From: Dimorphilus gyrociliatus
Lineage: Eukaryota; Animalia; Annelida
NCBI GenBank assembly: GCA_904063045.1
Contig: CAJFCJ010000076.1
Location: forward strand, 74,253 to 138,252
Reading direction: 5' to 3'
DNA: 64,000 nucleotides
Both the position numbers and the translations under genes were made by a program. The notes beneath the pieces were generated by a model, which made no database searches, was not told the origin of the DNA, and saw nothing but the letters and a program-made list of their open reading frames with translations. Every line of letters begins with the position of its first letter. Position 1 is the stretch's first letter. Positions 1-13,597 of the stretch are shown here, in pieces.

Positions 1-3000
1 CCTAATGGATTATGGTGCTCTGGAAAATTAACTGGATCTCCAGCCCATGCCCTTGAATTATGTCAGTATAGTTATGTTGAAAATCCAGCATCGCCCAATA
101 GTTGCTTAGGTATTTCTTGAACAAAATATTCAATTACTATCTTTTACTTTTGATTTGATTGACCTAATTTTCGCCATAGAAATACAAGATTCTTGTATCG
201 ACTGGAGCAATACAGAGGGAGCTTCTGGAAAAGTAACATGTTCATCTTGCTTTAGTTCACATTTGACTACAGGCCAGTGTACACCTTGCACAGACAACTG
301 TGTATCTTGCATTGTAGATGGCCCTTCTCAATATTGCTTAAAGTGTATAGATGGTATGTCAGGAAGGAACTGTGCACCTGGTAAGGCCACATGTACAGAG
401 AAGCCACCCAATTGTGAGGAAATTTTACAAGAGAAGAGGGGTTCCGTATGTGAGTGCACTAAATGCTTAAGTGGATTTGCAATCAAACAATTTCATGCTC
501 TATTTGGTTCTGCTTATAGGATTGGACTGGAATGTGACCCAGAGACCACATCATCAGTAATACCTGGTTGCCATCAAAAGTATAACAGCCCAACAGGAAC
601 TATATGCACTAGGTGTACTGATAATTATGTTTTAGATTCCGATATATGTCAACCAGGAATTCCCAATTGTAAAGCTTCATATAGCTTTTATAAAGATCCA
701 GCAGGAGGATCATCAAAAGTTCCTGGATGTAAGGTTGCAAAACCTAATTATATTCTAACTCCTGGAAGTACTAGTTCTATTATTGCTGTTCCAACTGCAA
801 ATCAAGGTGGCACTGCCTGTAAAGGTTATGTAGCTGCCTCCGGTTCTTTTGCAGCAGATAAGAGTAGATGTGGAGCTTGTACTGTTGGGCATGTTCTTGA
901 CTCTGGAAATGCTATTAAATACGAATGTTTCCCTTGTTCTGCCTCAAATCTGGATCATTGTATATTTGCAGTGGTATCAGAAGGTAAATGCCTTTGTGGA
1001 AGATGTAGAGCTGATACAGCCGATAAAATATATTTTAAACATCCAAGTCAACCTGGTTGTATTGAAACTTCAAAAATTACTGATTGCACAACTCACAGCA
1101 TCAGATTGAAAAATGGTCAATACAGTGTGAGTTGTTCTCAGTGCTCAACTGGTTCTGTCGCTAATGACTACTTTTCATGTATTCCATGTACAAAACTATG
1201 CACTGGAGGAACAAAAGTTGGCTGTATTTGCGATTGTTCTGCAGTTGGTTTCGTAAATAGCCAACAGACTGACTGCATCAGTTGCTTAGTAGCTAGTAAA
1301 CCATTTTGCGCAGAAGTAGAACTTGATAACAACATATGCAAATGTAAAAAATGTAACCCTAATTATGCACTAACAGCTGATAGGTCAGGCTGTGTTAGCT
1401 GCCAAACTGGTCCTGGTGGTGCAACATCTAATTGTGAAGTTTGTAATTTAGCTGTGACCAGCCCACTAAATGAAGTTATTGCGTGCACACAATGCAGTAG
1501 CGATTATACAATATTGCAATCTTCGTCACCTGCAACAAATCCAACTTGTACTAAATGTCACGAAGGCTGTTCAAAATGTAGTGCTGATTCATCTGGCAAT
1601 ACAAAATGTACCATTTGTAAAGTTGGCTACATATTGAGCAATTCTGGTACTTGTATTCAATGTCCACAAAGTCCGGCACCATGCACTGAATGTAGGTTGG
1701 ACCCTTCAGATCAAACAAGAGCAATATGTTTAGCTTTTGGCTGTTCAACTGGAGCTTTTAGAGATGCAGATTTCACATGTGAATCATGTACAATAAGTGA
1801 TTGTGAAATTTGTATTAGAAACATTGAAGGCAATTTAAAATGTCTGAAATGTAATAAAGGAAATTTTTTGGAAAGTAGTGGCTCTTGTCAAAATTGCGTA
1901 GCCGGATGTGATTTTTGTCTAGATGCTACTTCCTGTATTCCTAATGGCTGTAAACTTGGATTTACAAGGCACAGAACAAATGGACAGTGTATACCATGCT
2001 CAACAGATAATTCTGTTGCAAGATGCTCTTATAAAGATGCAGTTAATGAAACACTCATACCAGAAGAGTGTATGAAAGGATACAAATTGAACACAACTCA
2101 ATCTCCAGCATCGTGTAACAGTGTGTATTTTACTTTTGGCATTTAAAACAAACAGTCGAAAATTAAAAATTTTTTGAACAGGTTGTAGTCCAAATTGTGA
2201 AAATTGCGAAATAAATGGACAAGGTAGATGCGATTCTGGAAACTGTAAATCTGGTTATTTTTACAATGATGACGATCAACAATGCTACGAAAAAAGATAC
2301 GGTTGCTTAAATTCAGTAAGAAAGAATGATCAGACTGTGTGTACTTCTTGCGATCTATCAACTCGTGTTTTGGTTGGTAATTCTTGCATTTTCTGTCCAA
2401 CTGGCTGTAATGGATGCTCCTATGATTTCACAATAAAAAAATTTACTTGCTCCAATTGCAATTCTAAATATTACAAGACAGATGAGAATTTATGTTCATT
2501 ATGTCCAGAAGGATGTGAAGATTGTTCATTAAGTGATGGAACTGTTACCTGTACAAAATGTCTTCCTAAGTACGGATTGAAAGGTTCAATTTGCAGTAAA
2601 TGCGGATATAAGGAATGCCAATCTTGCGAAATGATTTCCGGTAGCACAACTCTAGTATGCTCAACATGTTCAAACAGTTATTATTTAAATGATGTTGAAT
2701 GTGGACAATGTCCAAAATTTTGTCAGGAATGCTCCTATAATGAAGAATATAAATGCTCTCAATGCTATGATAAATATGTTCTGGCAAATGATGGTAAATG
2801 TCTACCTTGTCCATCAAATTGCCAAACTTGTATAGTTGACTCGACCAATACTGTAAAATGTACAAAATGTCTATCAAACGAGTTTTCACTCCAACCAACT
2901 GGGATTTGTTTGTCATGTTCAGCAGCAACATTTCCTAAATGCGTTACATGCAGTGAAACTCCTACAAATGGACAAGCAATATGTCATAGTTGCGAAAAAG

Positions 3001-3561
3001 GTTACAATTTATTAGGCAATAATAAGGTTTGTCAATCATGCGAAATTGATGGTTGTAATCAATGTATATATGGAAAAGTTTGTGAATCTTGTAAACCAGG
3101 TTTTAATCTCCATAATTTCAATAGACAATGTTCCAGTGAGTAGTATTTCTTTAAAATTTACCTTTAAACAATAGAATTTTGAATAATTTTATCTTTTAGG
3201 GAAATGTTTTGAATGTAGAGGAAGTTTGGAAGATTGCGGAAAAGATATATCAAATTTGCAGAACTCAACAGATAAAATTCGCTTAATTGATTGCGGAATA
3301 GGGGATTGTTGGGCTCACAGAGTATCAACAAATTCATTGTTAACATTTGAAAGGAATTGTTCTATTGATATCTGCACATCTTCAACAACAAATGAGCATT
3401 GTAAATCTGTTAATGGTGTAACTCAATGTTCCAAGTGTTGTTCAGGAGAGAAATGTAACATTTGGGAATTGGATGGAAAGGCAGGTGTAGAAAGATGTGC
3501 AAGTTTCTCAATGTTTATAATTTACACATCCTTTATCACTTTTACATATTTATTATATTAA
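1..3561 (+). CDS. 5'-incomplete CXXC/furin-like cysteine-rich repeat protein with C-terminal Ly6/uPAR (three-finger) domain and GPI-anchor signal; exons <1-109, 180-2120, 2182-3135, 3200-3561
   Basis: Three phase-1 GT-AG introns (110-179, 2121-2181, 3136-3199) join the ORFs in frame. Dozens of CxxC repeats. Last exon reads KCFECRG...DCG...DCW...RNC...C...C...CSKCCSGEKCN, then a hydrophobic tail with no cytoplasmic region. Confidence 0.85.
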
Positions 3562-4029
3562 TTTTTGAGATTAAATTTGAGTTAAAATGTCTTCAATGTT
3601 GTAGAAGGAGGACACTTCTCTACGAAAGAGAGATTGTAAATTAACAGTTACTGATTATGTATGTTTTATTCCTTTCAAAAATCCTGCACTGTGATCCATA
3701 AAACAGTAGCCACCTTGATCTTAGAATTTCATCAGGAATTCCAAAGATTTATTTTATGTAGTCATCCTAAAGATAGATAGTTTGTATTAGCAGGTTACCC
3801 AGTTACCAAACTAGAATCTAACATTAAAGTTTAGATTATTATTAGATTATTAGAGGAATAATAGCAAAAATCTATTACTTATAGTGCAGGAGGAAAACTT
3901 TTCCATTAACCACCCATTGATGGTGAATCTCTTGCTACGATTAAGTAAAACTGTCACTGTTGACACATATGGAAAAAAAATATGATAATGAATGTATTGA
4001 AGAGGTATTATACTATATGTTAACTAAAG

Positions 4030-4700
4030 AAAAGAATAGATAATAGCAATAAATACAGTATAAGAAGTCTGGATTAATAATTCATCATATAATATCCTTC
4101 CAAGCCTATAATCATCCCAGAATTAAGATATTTTCTTCTCTATATCACCATATTTTTTCTCTGATATTTGATTATCTTCTTCTCAGAGACAAGTTTTTCA
4201 TAAATGCAAACCATATCAGCCTCTCTTTTCAATTCATCAATCAACAAATAGAATGATCCTTTTCATTGTACTTTATTATTTATTCTATTGTGCCATCCTT
4301 CCATACTATTATTAGTCCTTATTGATAATCCAAATATTGACCAATTCAATGTTTTCCAAGTAGAATTCAAAATCCAAAGACTTTCAAAATATTCCAGCAA
4401 GTCTGAAAATTTTCTCTTTTCTTCCATCAACCCCTAATTATCTGAAAATTGTAATCCATAACTTCTTGGCAAGTATAAACCGCATTGACTGATATTTCAT
4501 CATTTTTTGCATTTGAATCTCTCAGACCATCACTTTTTCTGTTATCTGTTGCCTCTTCCTCAATCTTATCATCTTCATTCTCATCCAATGCAAATCTTTC
4601 ATTCCTTGATCTTCTAGTCTCGTCCTTTGAAGAAGACACTGTCTTTTTTCACAATCCAGACAAACTAACAGCCTGGAATCTGAAAGGAAATAAATGTATA
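4030..4700 (-). mobile_element. Internally deleted MULE (Mutator-like) transposase remnant
   Basis: Minus strand reads an acidic N-terminal part ending YNFQIIRG, joined at ~4432 to LMEEKRKFSDLLEYFESLWI...WSIFGLSIRTNNSMEGWH. Closely similar to 58030-58455. Confidence 0.75.
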
Positions 4701-5219
4701 TTTACAATTGACCAGATGAGAGTAGAATATTTTGAAATATTGATTGATAATATTGGTGAACAAAATCTAAAGTTTTATTTATCATGATATTTTTATTTTC
4801 TTAAAAAAATTCATTTAAAGTTTTTTCATCATTCTATGAAGTTGTCAATGTCCAAATTTTTTGTTTGGGTTTTTTCTCAAACTCTTTTATTAGATAATTA
4901 GCTGAAAAGTATTCTTGAAATAATAAATAATACAGTTGTAACTCTTTTTTCTTCATATAATTGGAAAAGAGTTTTCTTAAAAATATTCCCTTTCTCTTTC
5001 CAAATATAGAAAAGAATCATTGGTAAAAGTGGTACTTGACAAAAATTTTGTTTCTTTGGATATTTCTTGACAACATTTTTAATAAATTCAAAAACATTTC
5101 AGAAGAGTTTTGAATTGAATATTATTCCAACCTGTTAATTCAAATGCATAGTCTCAAGTTGTTATAATCTGTTTACCTTTCCATTTTCTTTCTAGAAAGC
5201 CATTCTACTATTATCAAAA

Positions 5220-6093
5220 CAGTGTGTGCAATATATTCTATTAAACTATCCATAGATATTGTTATTTGCTACCCAGCATTAGTATCACAGTTTAATAATC
5301 TTTAAATTTATAAATTTCAATCAAAAGCAGTTCAATTAAATATCAATTATGCTTTAATTCTATTTTCTTTAAAATTCTTTTTTTAAATAAAGAGTGGAGT
5401 CTACTCAAGAGTTTATTTACAAATATATAGATTTTAAATTCTAAAGTGTATTATGTGAAACAAGTAGGCCATATTTTAGGCTTAGTTATTTGTTAAATGT
5501 AATAATTGTTTTTATTTTTTGCCAAACCGACTTTTATAGAAAAATCTTGCATCAAAATTCTTGAAGTAATTTATATTAAAATGTCTTTGAAATTTTACAC
5601 CCATTGATAATGACTTTGTAAGAAGATTTAGTAAGTTAAAGAAAACTTACCCAATTCAGTCCTATATTTACAAGGCTTGTTCTGTTATTGGCAACTAGAA
5701 TTTGAATAGTGTTGATCAACACTGTAGCCATGTCAACACATCAATAGTTGGGAATGTTGACAAAGCACTCCAAAGAAAATCTCTATAGGCCTATTGGTAA
5801 CAAAGTAAAAGTAATGTAGTTTGTATACATACATTTGTCAGCTATACCCTACAATAGATAAGTAGTATTGAACCAGTATTGTACTATGCACATAGCACTG
5901 ATGGAGATAAGCAGTATTCACCTAATTTAGAGAAGGGCACTGCATATACAGTGTGCAACAATAAAACCTGTTAAATTATATATGGAATATTGCTATTTGC
6001 AACCTAGCATTAATATTACAATTTATTAATCTATAAATTTATGAATTTCAACTAAAAGCAGTTCAATTAAATATCAATTATGCTTTAATTCTA
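5220..6093. repeat. ~145-bp diverged direct repeat (5220-5362 and 5949-6093)
   Basis: Both copies contain AAAAGCAGTTCAATTAAATATCAATTATGCTTTAATTCTA and similar upstream sequence. Confidence 0.75.
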
Positions 6094-6149
6094 AGTTTAG
6101 ATTATATTCACTATTCAACAGTATTGTATACACAAAATCTCAGAAGAAA

Positions 6150-6570
6150 CAGTGAAAAATGCTAGAGAAGCTTCACCCTGACCATTTGGGAGGAGGAAAT
6201 AAATTCTTTTTTACAATGGTCCCTGAATTCCATAAAAATAATATTCACAATCACCATGGTCCCAGAATGACATTACAAATAATTACAAAGACCTTTTGGT
6301 ACCCAAAATTAAAGATTACGATTGAGAATTCATTAAGGATTGCACTTTGTGTGAACAAATGAATGGTAGAAGTAGAGTATACCCTTTGGTAGAAATATTT
6401 CATCTTACATCACCAATGGAGTGGTGGCCATGGATATAATTGGACCTTTACCCATGGTTATGTCATACAGATTCATATTTGTGGTAGTGGATCATTTCAG
6501 TAGATACACAGTTCTATATGCACTAAAACAGCAAACCAGTAAAGAAATTGCAAATCTTCTTTTCAACATA
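6150..6570 (+). mobile_element. Gypsy-type integrase fragment (zinc-binding region plus start of rve core)
   Basis: HNHHGPRMTLQIITKTFWYPKL followed, after a frame change, by VAMDIIGPLPMVMSYRFIFVVVDHFSRYTVLYALKQQTSKEIA. Confidence 0.85.
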
Positions 6571-6574
6571 TGTG

Positions 6575-7860
6575 AGGAAGGAAATTAATCAATTAGTGGA
6601 GGAAGAAAATCAGCAAACCTATCCTTGATTCAAGAATTTTTGAACCAATCACCTGTAGGAAGTACAGGACTATCACCACAAAAAAATATTCTGCTACCAT
6701 CATCCAAAAAGAAAAAAATTTCCATTGTGGAAGAAAAAGCCACGACCACTCACAAGTGAAAATGTTGAAAAGCAGATTGTCATTAGAAATGATATCAAAG
6801 AGAAATCTGCTAATGATATTAAATCATCTGGAAAAAGACTAGCTGAAGAAATTCTTTTCAACATTCTCATGGAAAGTGAAGTTTGCACAATTGCAAAGAA
6901 GTGGCCAACTACACAGGAGAAAAAATACACTAGCTGAACCAAATGATTTAAATTTTCAACTTGATTTAACTTTTGTGCCATTTGAATTTTTGAAGAAAGA
7001 TATTTATTCTGGCAATGAAAGAAGATTAGTTTTTGCAAGTGATCATCAGTTAAAACTCTTGTCTATGGCAAAGATATGGTACATGGATGGTACTTTCAAA
7101 TTTGCAAAAGATATATTTTTCAAATGTTTTCAATGGCTTTTTAAAGAAAAATGGAGAGTTGAATCAGGTGCCATTGCTTTTTTCATTCCTAAGCTCAAAA
7201 AAGAAAAGATATAAAGTATAAATTACTTTTCAAGATAAATTAGGTTTATAAATACTTGAATCAATGATAATCTGTGCATTTAGGCTGTAAATGAGCTAAT
7301 TGACAACGTTTCTGTTCAAAATATTGTTTTGGACTACAAAAAGGCAATATAGAAAGGTATCAGAGATACTTGGACAGATAGTTTAATGGTTGGTTGCTCT
7401 TTTCACTGGTCACAAGCAATATTCCGAAAAATTCAGGTTAGGAAAAACATTGAACAGTGTAAAAATGTAATCTAACTTTATTGTTTTATTTAAAGGATCT
7501 AGGGTACAGTTCAGAATTTGAAAAGAAAGGAGAATGGAAATTGATGAAAATGAATTTGGCCTTACCCTACCTTCCTCATACTTTGATTGCAAATCAATTC
7601 AGCAACATAAAATATGACTTAGTGGAAAGAAATAAACTTGTTGATTTGATTGAATATATTGAAGACAACTGGATTAAAAGTAGCTTTTGGCCTCCAGAGA
7701 CTTGGTCTATCTTCAACCAAACAATAAGAACTAACAATGATTTAGGGGGTTTTCATCATAGATGAAATAAAAATTTAGGTTTAAATTTGTCATTTTATTT
7801 AGTTGTCCATGAACTAAAAAGAGAAACTGACTTAATTATTAAGTGAGAGAATTATTGTAA
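6575..7860 (+). mobile_element. Decayed MULE transposase
   Basis: RLVFASDHQLKLLS...WYMDGTFK and LIEYIEDNWI...WSIFNQTIRTNNDLGGFH; contains stops and frameshifts. Confidence 0.85.
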
Positions 7861-7869
7861 GATATCAAA

Positions 7870-8110
7870 AAAGTTATAATTCAATTAACCTCCCTCAATA
7901 TTGAACCTTGTAACATCCTGTTACTAAAGATAAATGTGAGCTACACAGTTCAGCAACTGTAAAGTGATGATTGGATATCAGAGGCAAACCTCAAAGTATA
8001 TAAATACTCAATATTTTCATTGTAAGTGTTTCTATCTGGACCCAAGGACCTGGAAAGATAACCTGGAAACAACCTCCACTAGAATTATTTACTCTAACAA
8101 ACCTATCTCT
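7870..8110 (+). repeat. Dispersed repeat with LTR-like features; related copies at ~10575-10760 and ~59120-59390
   Basis: Shared TGTAACATCCTGTT...GTAAAGTGATGATTGG...GAGGCAAACCTCAA(A)GTATATAAAT, including a TATA-like box. Confidence 0.55.
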
Positions 8111-8827
8111 AATGTTGTGAGAAAATGCTATTATCATCAATAATAATTCATTTACCTTTATTTTATAAACAATTAATTATTATTGGTGGGGTAGAATATA
8201 AAAACTTTTTCTTTTTCTTTATAAAACACCATTTTGCTGCTTCATTACATCTCTTTGGTATTAAATGCATTACTACTGTGTAGGATTAAAAAGTTTCATC
8301 GACTGTTTAAGCCTTTCGTCACTTCCAAAAGGATTTTTTTAGAAAATAGGCCAAGGTTAGCTGCTATAAACACCTTAACCTCTCTCCTCTATATTAACAA
8401 ACACATACATATGGAATTGGGATGTGTACATACAGTGGAAATTTCACTTTCTGAAATAAATTTTCATTTTACAAGATTGGCTAACCACTCACAGCTCACA
8501 AATGCAAGATGTATTGTTACAATAAATGTGACAGTGAATTGTACTCATTCAATATATTGAAAAGAAAAATATATTAATTGAACAACAACAGCAAAAATGA
8601 ATGAGAAGGCAAAGACAAAAAAAAAGGAAAATTGAATAGAAAGACAAATATAAATGACAATGACATTATGTTAAAATTGGAAATATTAATAATTATAATA
8701 ATACTTTAATTTCAATACAAACCTTACTATTGTCAAAGATATTTAGTCAATAAAATATTATCTTTAAAACAATTTTAGCCAAGTAGATTTATTCTCTTCT
8801 TTTTCTTCTTCTTCTTTATAACTCAAA

Positions 8828-10200
8828 ATGGCTAAATATTTCTTGTATCTTTTCTTCTTATCATTCTATTTTAAACCTCATTTTTCAAGTAAAAAAAATT
8901 AAAGTATTTCGATTTCAATTTACTATTTTTCTTTTCTTGTTTTTAAAGGAGGCTGCTCTTCGGACAGTGATTGTATATTCTTTTATGAAAAATGTGTTGG
9001 AGAACATTGCCAATATGATAAACTTTCCCATAGTTTAATGTATAATGGAGGTAATTTTTGAATATCATTAAGAAAAGAAACACTGTTTTTTATTTCTGTA
9101 TTAAATTCTAGATTATATAATTTCAAAGTTAGATTGCATTGGAAATGAAATTCCCCCTGAAACTACTATAACAGAAGAATCTGGTTCAATTTTAAATGCA
9201 ACCTTTCAATGTCTTAATAAATGTCTGAATACATCAAATTGTACAGTCATTTCATTGGCATCCATTCAAGGAAATGATAAAACTTTTACCTGTTATTTTA
9301 AAACTTCTTGTTATGTTAAAACATTTGAACCAACTGATTTTCATTCAAGTATTTATTCTTTGGTTAAAACTGGTAAAAAAAAAACAATTCATAAACATAT
9401 TCAAAATAGTAAACTTTTCTTGTATTAGATGAGTTTTGCAAGACGTATTCTTCTGAGTTTAGGGATATACAATCTAAATTATGCATTATTACTTTGTGGA
9501 GAAGATATTCAAAATGCTCTTCAAGTGATTTCTGGTTAAGAAGATATTATGATAATTTGACGCAGGCAACTTCAATAGACCAAATAAAACAATATATTAA
9601 AAACTTTTCAGTCATCAAATTGCAACTCCTGAAAATGTCTATGCTAAACATCATTTAACTGATGGCCTACTCAACTCCAATCTTAATTTAGGTGGTTGTA
9701 CACAAATAATTAATTTTGGCCCTGGTTCATCAGATTCTAATAAAATTTCGATTGCTATTGATTTGGTTAAAAAATATATAATAAAAGAAGTAATTATATA
9801 TCCTCCTAATATTCCAGGCTATATTTTTGATATCTCTATCTCTCACTTATTCAATATTTATCTTCTAGGATACAAGAGAACTATTGAAATATCTGTTACA
9901 AACTCTTCTTCTCAAAATAATTCTCCTAATTTATGTCTTGAAGATTATGATGATGACAGCATAAACATAAAAAATCCATCTTTAACAACATCATTCTCAG
10001 TGATAGCATCAGGGCTTGAATTTAAACTTACCTTTAATACATTTCTTATGAATCATTATCAAATGGTGGCATACTTGGCATTTTTCTTTATGCTATCTTC
10101 CAAACATTTTTTCCTTGCATTTATAGCAATATCCCATTATCTCTCAACAAGAAGTGAAAGTTATCAAAAAATTGTTTGCTCAAAATTTTCAAAAACCTGA
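8828..10200 (+). CDS. Secreted protein: signal peptide, small Cys motif, PAN/apple domain, F5/8C (fucolectin)-like domain; exons 8828-8888, 8949-9050, 9112-9372, 9429-9534, 9612-10200 (3' structure uncertain)
   Basis: MAKYFLYLFFLSFYF signal. Phase-compatible GT-AG introns. CLNKCLNTSNCTVISL...TCYFK is PAN-like; LTDG...GC...IAIDLVKKYIIKEVIIY is F5/8C-like. Confidence 0.7.
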
Positions 10201-11132
10201 TTTAGTTAATGATAAACTTACCTTAAATTGATAAATATTTAAAAGACCTATCCAAAGATACTCAAATTTTTCCATTATTGCTATGTTTTGTAATTAAACT
10301 TAGTAAATATCTTTTACAGATAGTATTTTAACAAAACTATTTTTTTGAAAGGAACCAAAACCAGGTAAACATAAACAAGCAATAGTTCCTCAACAAAATG
10401 GCGGATCTATCATTGCATAATTTTTATAATCTCAAAAGCTTAAAATAACATTTAGACCTAATTATCTATACCAAATATTAATCTCTAAACCATTGTTCAT
10501 ATAAAAAATTACTGTTGATGTTTTCTCCTGTGGACGTTTTCTCCTGCACACCTAATTTTTGGGCCTGATAACATTCTTTTACAAACATACATAAAAATGT
10601 AAAGTGATGACTCGATAAAAGAGGCAAACCTCAAAGTTTGAGTGTTTAAACTTACTATTCTACATCTGAGTGGCATCATAATCTAATTATTGAGGAAGAT
10701 CGCCTGGAAACAACCCTCAATGAAACAAACTCTCTAGATATTGCCAATGAAATTTGCATGGTACAGGAGAAAATGTTCACTATAGAAATTTAATGTATTA
10801 AAGGAAATATTTGATGTAGGAGTTATTATGATAATTTAAATAAGAAGAATTGAAAATATTTCAATCTGAAAAAAGTAAACTTCATAAAAAAATGGACACC
10901 ATAAAATTTGATAGGCTAACTTTCAATTTTTTTTCAAAATATATTTTATATATAACAGTTTTTCATATTTTTGTTACATGAGAATTATGAGACCATCAGA
11001 TTTCAATATTGTAATCCTTTGACCACTAGAACCCAAGCTTTGGTAAATGTATAAAAGGAAATGCATTTCCCCAGCTTATGTCATTTCTCAAATTGCTCTT
11101 AATTGGATAATATGTATATTTTATGGGATCAA

Positions 11133-13597
11133 CAGAAGTCGCCCAGAACTAAAGCAGAACTCGCCCTGTACATTTATTACACTTCCATCTAGTGAAGATT
11201 GTTTAAGTGAATAGTATATTTAGACAAAGTTGAATAAAGACTATTTTTCCTTGTACATTTTAAACAGAACAATACCAAAAAAATATTGATTACAGTTGAA
11301 AGTGCAACAATTATTTGCAATTATTCATTTAATTTCTGAATAAAGTATAGAACATTTTTCCAAAACTTCTGATGAAGTCAGCTGATGATTGTCAAATCTC
11401 TGCCAAATTTTAAATATCTCACTTTGCATATTTTTGTAATGCTTTCTCTGGTACCTCAATATCTTTTTCTCAGATAGCATTCTCTGATAAGCTGGAATAA
11501 GATCTGCTTCTCTTTTTAATTCGTCTATTACTGAATAGAATGATGAATTTGCTCTTAAGTTTCCATTTAATCGATTATGGAATCCCTCCACATCATTATT
11601 AGTTCTAATTGCATTTTGATACACTGACCACTGCTTTGGTGACCAAATATTATCTATAATCCAAGTTCTCTCAAAGTACTTTATTAAGTCACCAAGTTTA
11701 TTAATGGATTGAAGGTAATCTTTTATTCTTCCAAATTCTATTGGAGTTATGTGAGATGGAAGAAATGGTAATGCCATAATCTGTCTCATTTCAAACCATT
11801 CTGCCCTTTTTCTATTGAAATCTGATGAATATCCAAGTTCCTAAAAAGTTAACAACTATAGATTAAATATATATTTTATTTTACTTTTCCACCTGTATTT
11901 TTCTATAAACAGCTTGATTCCAATGAAACAAACAACCAGTTAGTGTAACATTTTCCCAATTGTTTAAAACAGCTTTCCAGATAGCTCTTTCAAAATCCAT
12001 CACAATTTTCTTTGGTGTTTTGAATTCCAAAAGTTCATTTATTGCCTGCAAATGAACTTTATCAATACCAATAATTCTTTAACTATATTTTACAAACCTT
12101 AAATAGTATATTGTAAGCTTTCTTCTTCTTTGATGTCATAAATGCAAACATTAAGGGGACCTGTTTCATTTCTCCTTCTTTTTTCAAAAATGAATGCAAA
12201 GAAAATAATTGTTTGAAAGGATGTTTTACAATTTTAAAAGTTCCATTCATATACCAAATTTTGGATGATAAAAGCAGATCAAGTTGTTTTGATGTGGAGA
12301 AGATAATAATCCTTTCACCATTTTCAAGAATATCTTTTCTTAAAAAGTCATCTGGTATGTATGTATTATTTATGAGAAATTTTTGTCCAATTGGTTCATT
12401 AGGTTGATTTTTTCTTCTATGATAATTAATCATTTCTTTGCAAGTGTTTACTTTTACAACATTTCCCATATTTGCATATGGAAGTATTGCATTTTCAGCT
12501 AACCATTTGCCACTAACATTACTTTTAGACTTTCCATTATGTTTTGCATTTACTTAAATTTCAATGTTTTGTTCTAAATTCTTTTTTGGTGGATGGATGT
12601 GTTGTTTAGAACCAAATTGAAAACTGTTACATCTTTGAATAACGCTGGCTGGGCATCTCATTTTCTTATTTCATACACTACATATCCAAATAGTACTATT
12701 CTTGTACTGTCCTTTTACAGTAAAAGAGTTACCATTGTGTACAAGTAGTTCTTTTTCTCTTTGGCTTCCATTTGGAAATATTTTGAATTTACCATCTCCC
12801 TCATAGTTTTCTTCTGCTATGCTTTCAAATGAATCTTCATTCATAGTTTCTGTTATGAGATTTAGATTTGGAGCTTGGTTGATTTCTGATATTTCATTAT
12901 TCTTTGACAGCAACTCATCTGATTCAATATTGCCAACTAGAATGTGAGTAACAACTTCCTCTTCATGATCAATATCCATGGAAGACATTTTGAAATTTTC
13001 TACTTCATTGGATTTGTTGGTGATATTATTTAGAGGCTCTTTGTCATTTTCTTCAACAGTTGACTCTTCAACCATATCTTGAGTTTTAGAATGCTCATCA
13101 CACCTTCTCAAACAAATTCTCAATGTTTGATTAGTAATAGATGAGCATATAGAACATAATCCATCTACAATAAAAAAATCTTAGATATTGATATTAATCA
13201 GTAAATATCTAACCTGATAAACACATCTAGTGGAGTTTATGTAAACAAAGAAGGCATTTGCCTTGCTTTTTTTTGTTAATTATCTTACAGCATCCATAGC
13301 AGAGTACAGGGATTTTCATAACATTCTTTCTTCTAGCACCTTTTGGAAGAAAAAATGTATAACCTATTTAACAACCTCAAGACCAACAATTGTATTTGAA
13401 GATAATAGGATGGTAAAAATGTCCTATGTAAAATAGAAACTGGTATAATCATTTCTTGTTTTATCACTCAAAAACTTAAATAAAACAACAAGAAAAAAGA
13501 TATTTTCTCACTCACTGGGGCAACTTCTACCTTTGCTCTGGGCGACTTCTGCCTTAGTTCTGGGCGACTTCTGTCCTGGGCAACTTCTATAGTATTC
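11133..13597 (-). mobile_element. Near full-length decayed MULE with terminal inverted repeats; PHD-like, acidic, FLYWCH and DDE regions
   Basis: CAGAAGTCGCCCAGAACTAAAGCAGAACTCGCCC at ~11133 is the inverted copy of GGGCGACTTCTGCCTTAGTTCTGGGCGACTTCTG at ~13540. Internal ORFs give WYMNGTFK and RTNNDVEGFH. Confidence 0.9.

Noticed and set aside
7909-8110. Solo LTR starting at TGTAAC
   Set aside because: Similarity to the 59.1-kb copy extends ~40 bp upstream of the TG, and no CA end, TSD, PBS or PPT could be fixed. Kept only as a dispersed repeat.
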